Positions 4,977 to 5,073 of a DNA stretch of 5,073 nucleotides are shown here, piece by piece (within the stretch, counting starts at the first letter, position 1; each line of letters begins with the position of its first letter). Source of the DNA: a virus (lineage: Duplodnaviria > Heunggongvirae > Uroviricota > Caudoviricetes). The notes beneath the pieces are model-generated. The model had not been told where the DNA came from, did no database searches, and worked only from the letters and a program-made list of their open reading frames with translations. The stretch lies in the IMG/VR virus record IMGVR_UViG_2541047825_000005. One strand, 5' to 3'. The translations under genes were made by a program, and so were the position numbers.

Positions 4977-5073
4977 GTATGGAGCTGATGGTTAAAGCGA
5001 TGAAAATTCGAGTGGGTAATCCATTGCGAAAACTGGTTCTGATCAAGCTGGCTGATAATGCCAGCGATCAGGG
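4973..5073 (+). CDS. Replication-initiator-like protein with N-terminal HTH, 5' partial (continues beyond the window)
   Basis: ATG at 4973 preceded by GGAGG (4962-4966) with a 6-nt spacer. N-terminus MSMELMVKAMKIRVGNPLRKLVLIKLADNASDQG resembles the recalled KLVLLxLADxANDxG motif of phage replication-protein HTH domains. Confidence 0.55.
   Translation, partial: MSMELMVKAMKIRVGNPLRKLVLIKLADNASDQ

Noticed and set aside
1-5073. CRISPR array, tRNA/tmRNA, retron msr-msd, IS element or transposase
   Set aside because: No regularly spaced direct repeats, no tRNA T-loop/acceptor pattern, no reverse-transcriptase or transposase-like ORF, and no terminal inverted repeats flanking a transposase. The only strong inverted repeats are the hairpins described above.

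Overview
This 5.1-kb window reads as the immunity and early-regulatory region of a lambdoid prophage from an enterobacterium, apparently related to E. coli CPS-53/KpLE1. All homology statements are from memory of protein families and were not checked by any search. Centre: a CI-like repressor (HTH plus S24 peptidase; 2013-2705, minus) divergent from a Cro-like HTH gene (2803-3063, plus) across a 97-bp operator/promoter region built from TTGC/GCAA dyads. Rightward operon: cro, then an overlapping 183-aa regulatory protein (GTG start, possibly CII/YdaT-like), then about 600 bp of unresolved coding (3604-4209), then a Rha-family regulator (4210-4755), a coupled 74-aa ORF, and the start of an HTH replication-initiator gene (4973 onward, truncated). 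Leftward: a PL/OL-like promoter-operator (about 1905-1943), then a roughly 600-nt apparently non-coding, highly structured leader, then two conserved but uncharacterised early-left genes (YfdP-like 120 aa; DUF2303/YfdQ-like 274 aa). No rRNA, tRNA, CRISPR array or transposase was seen. The best candidates for something undescribed are the structured leader RNA element, the YfdP/YfdQ-like pair it precedes, and the 3604-4209 segment.
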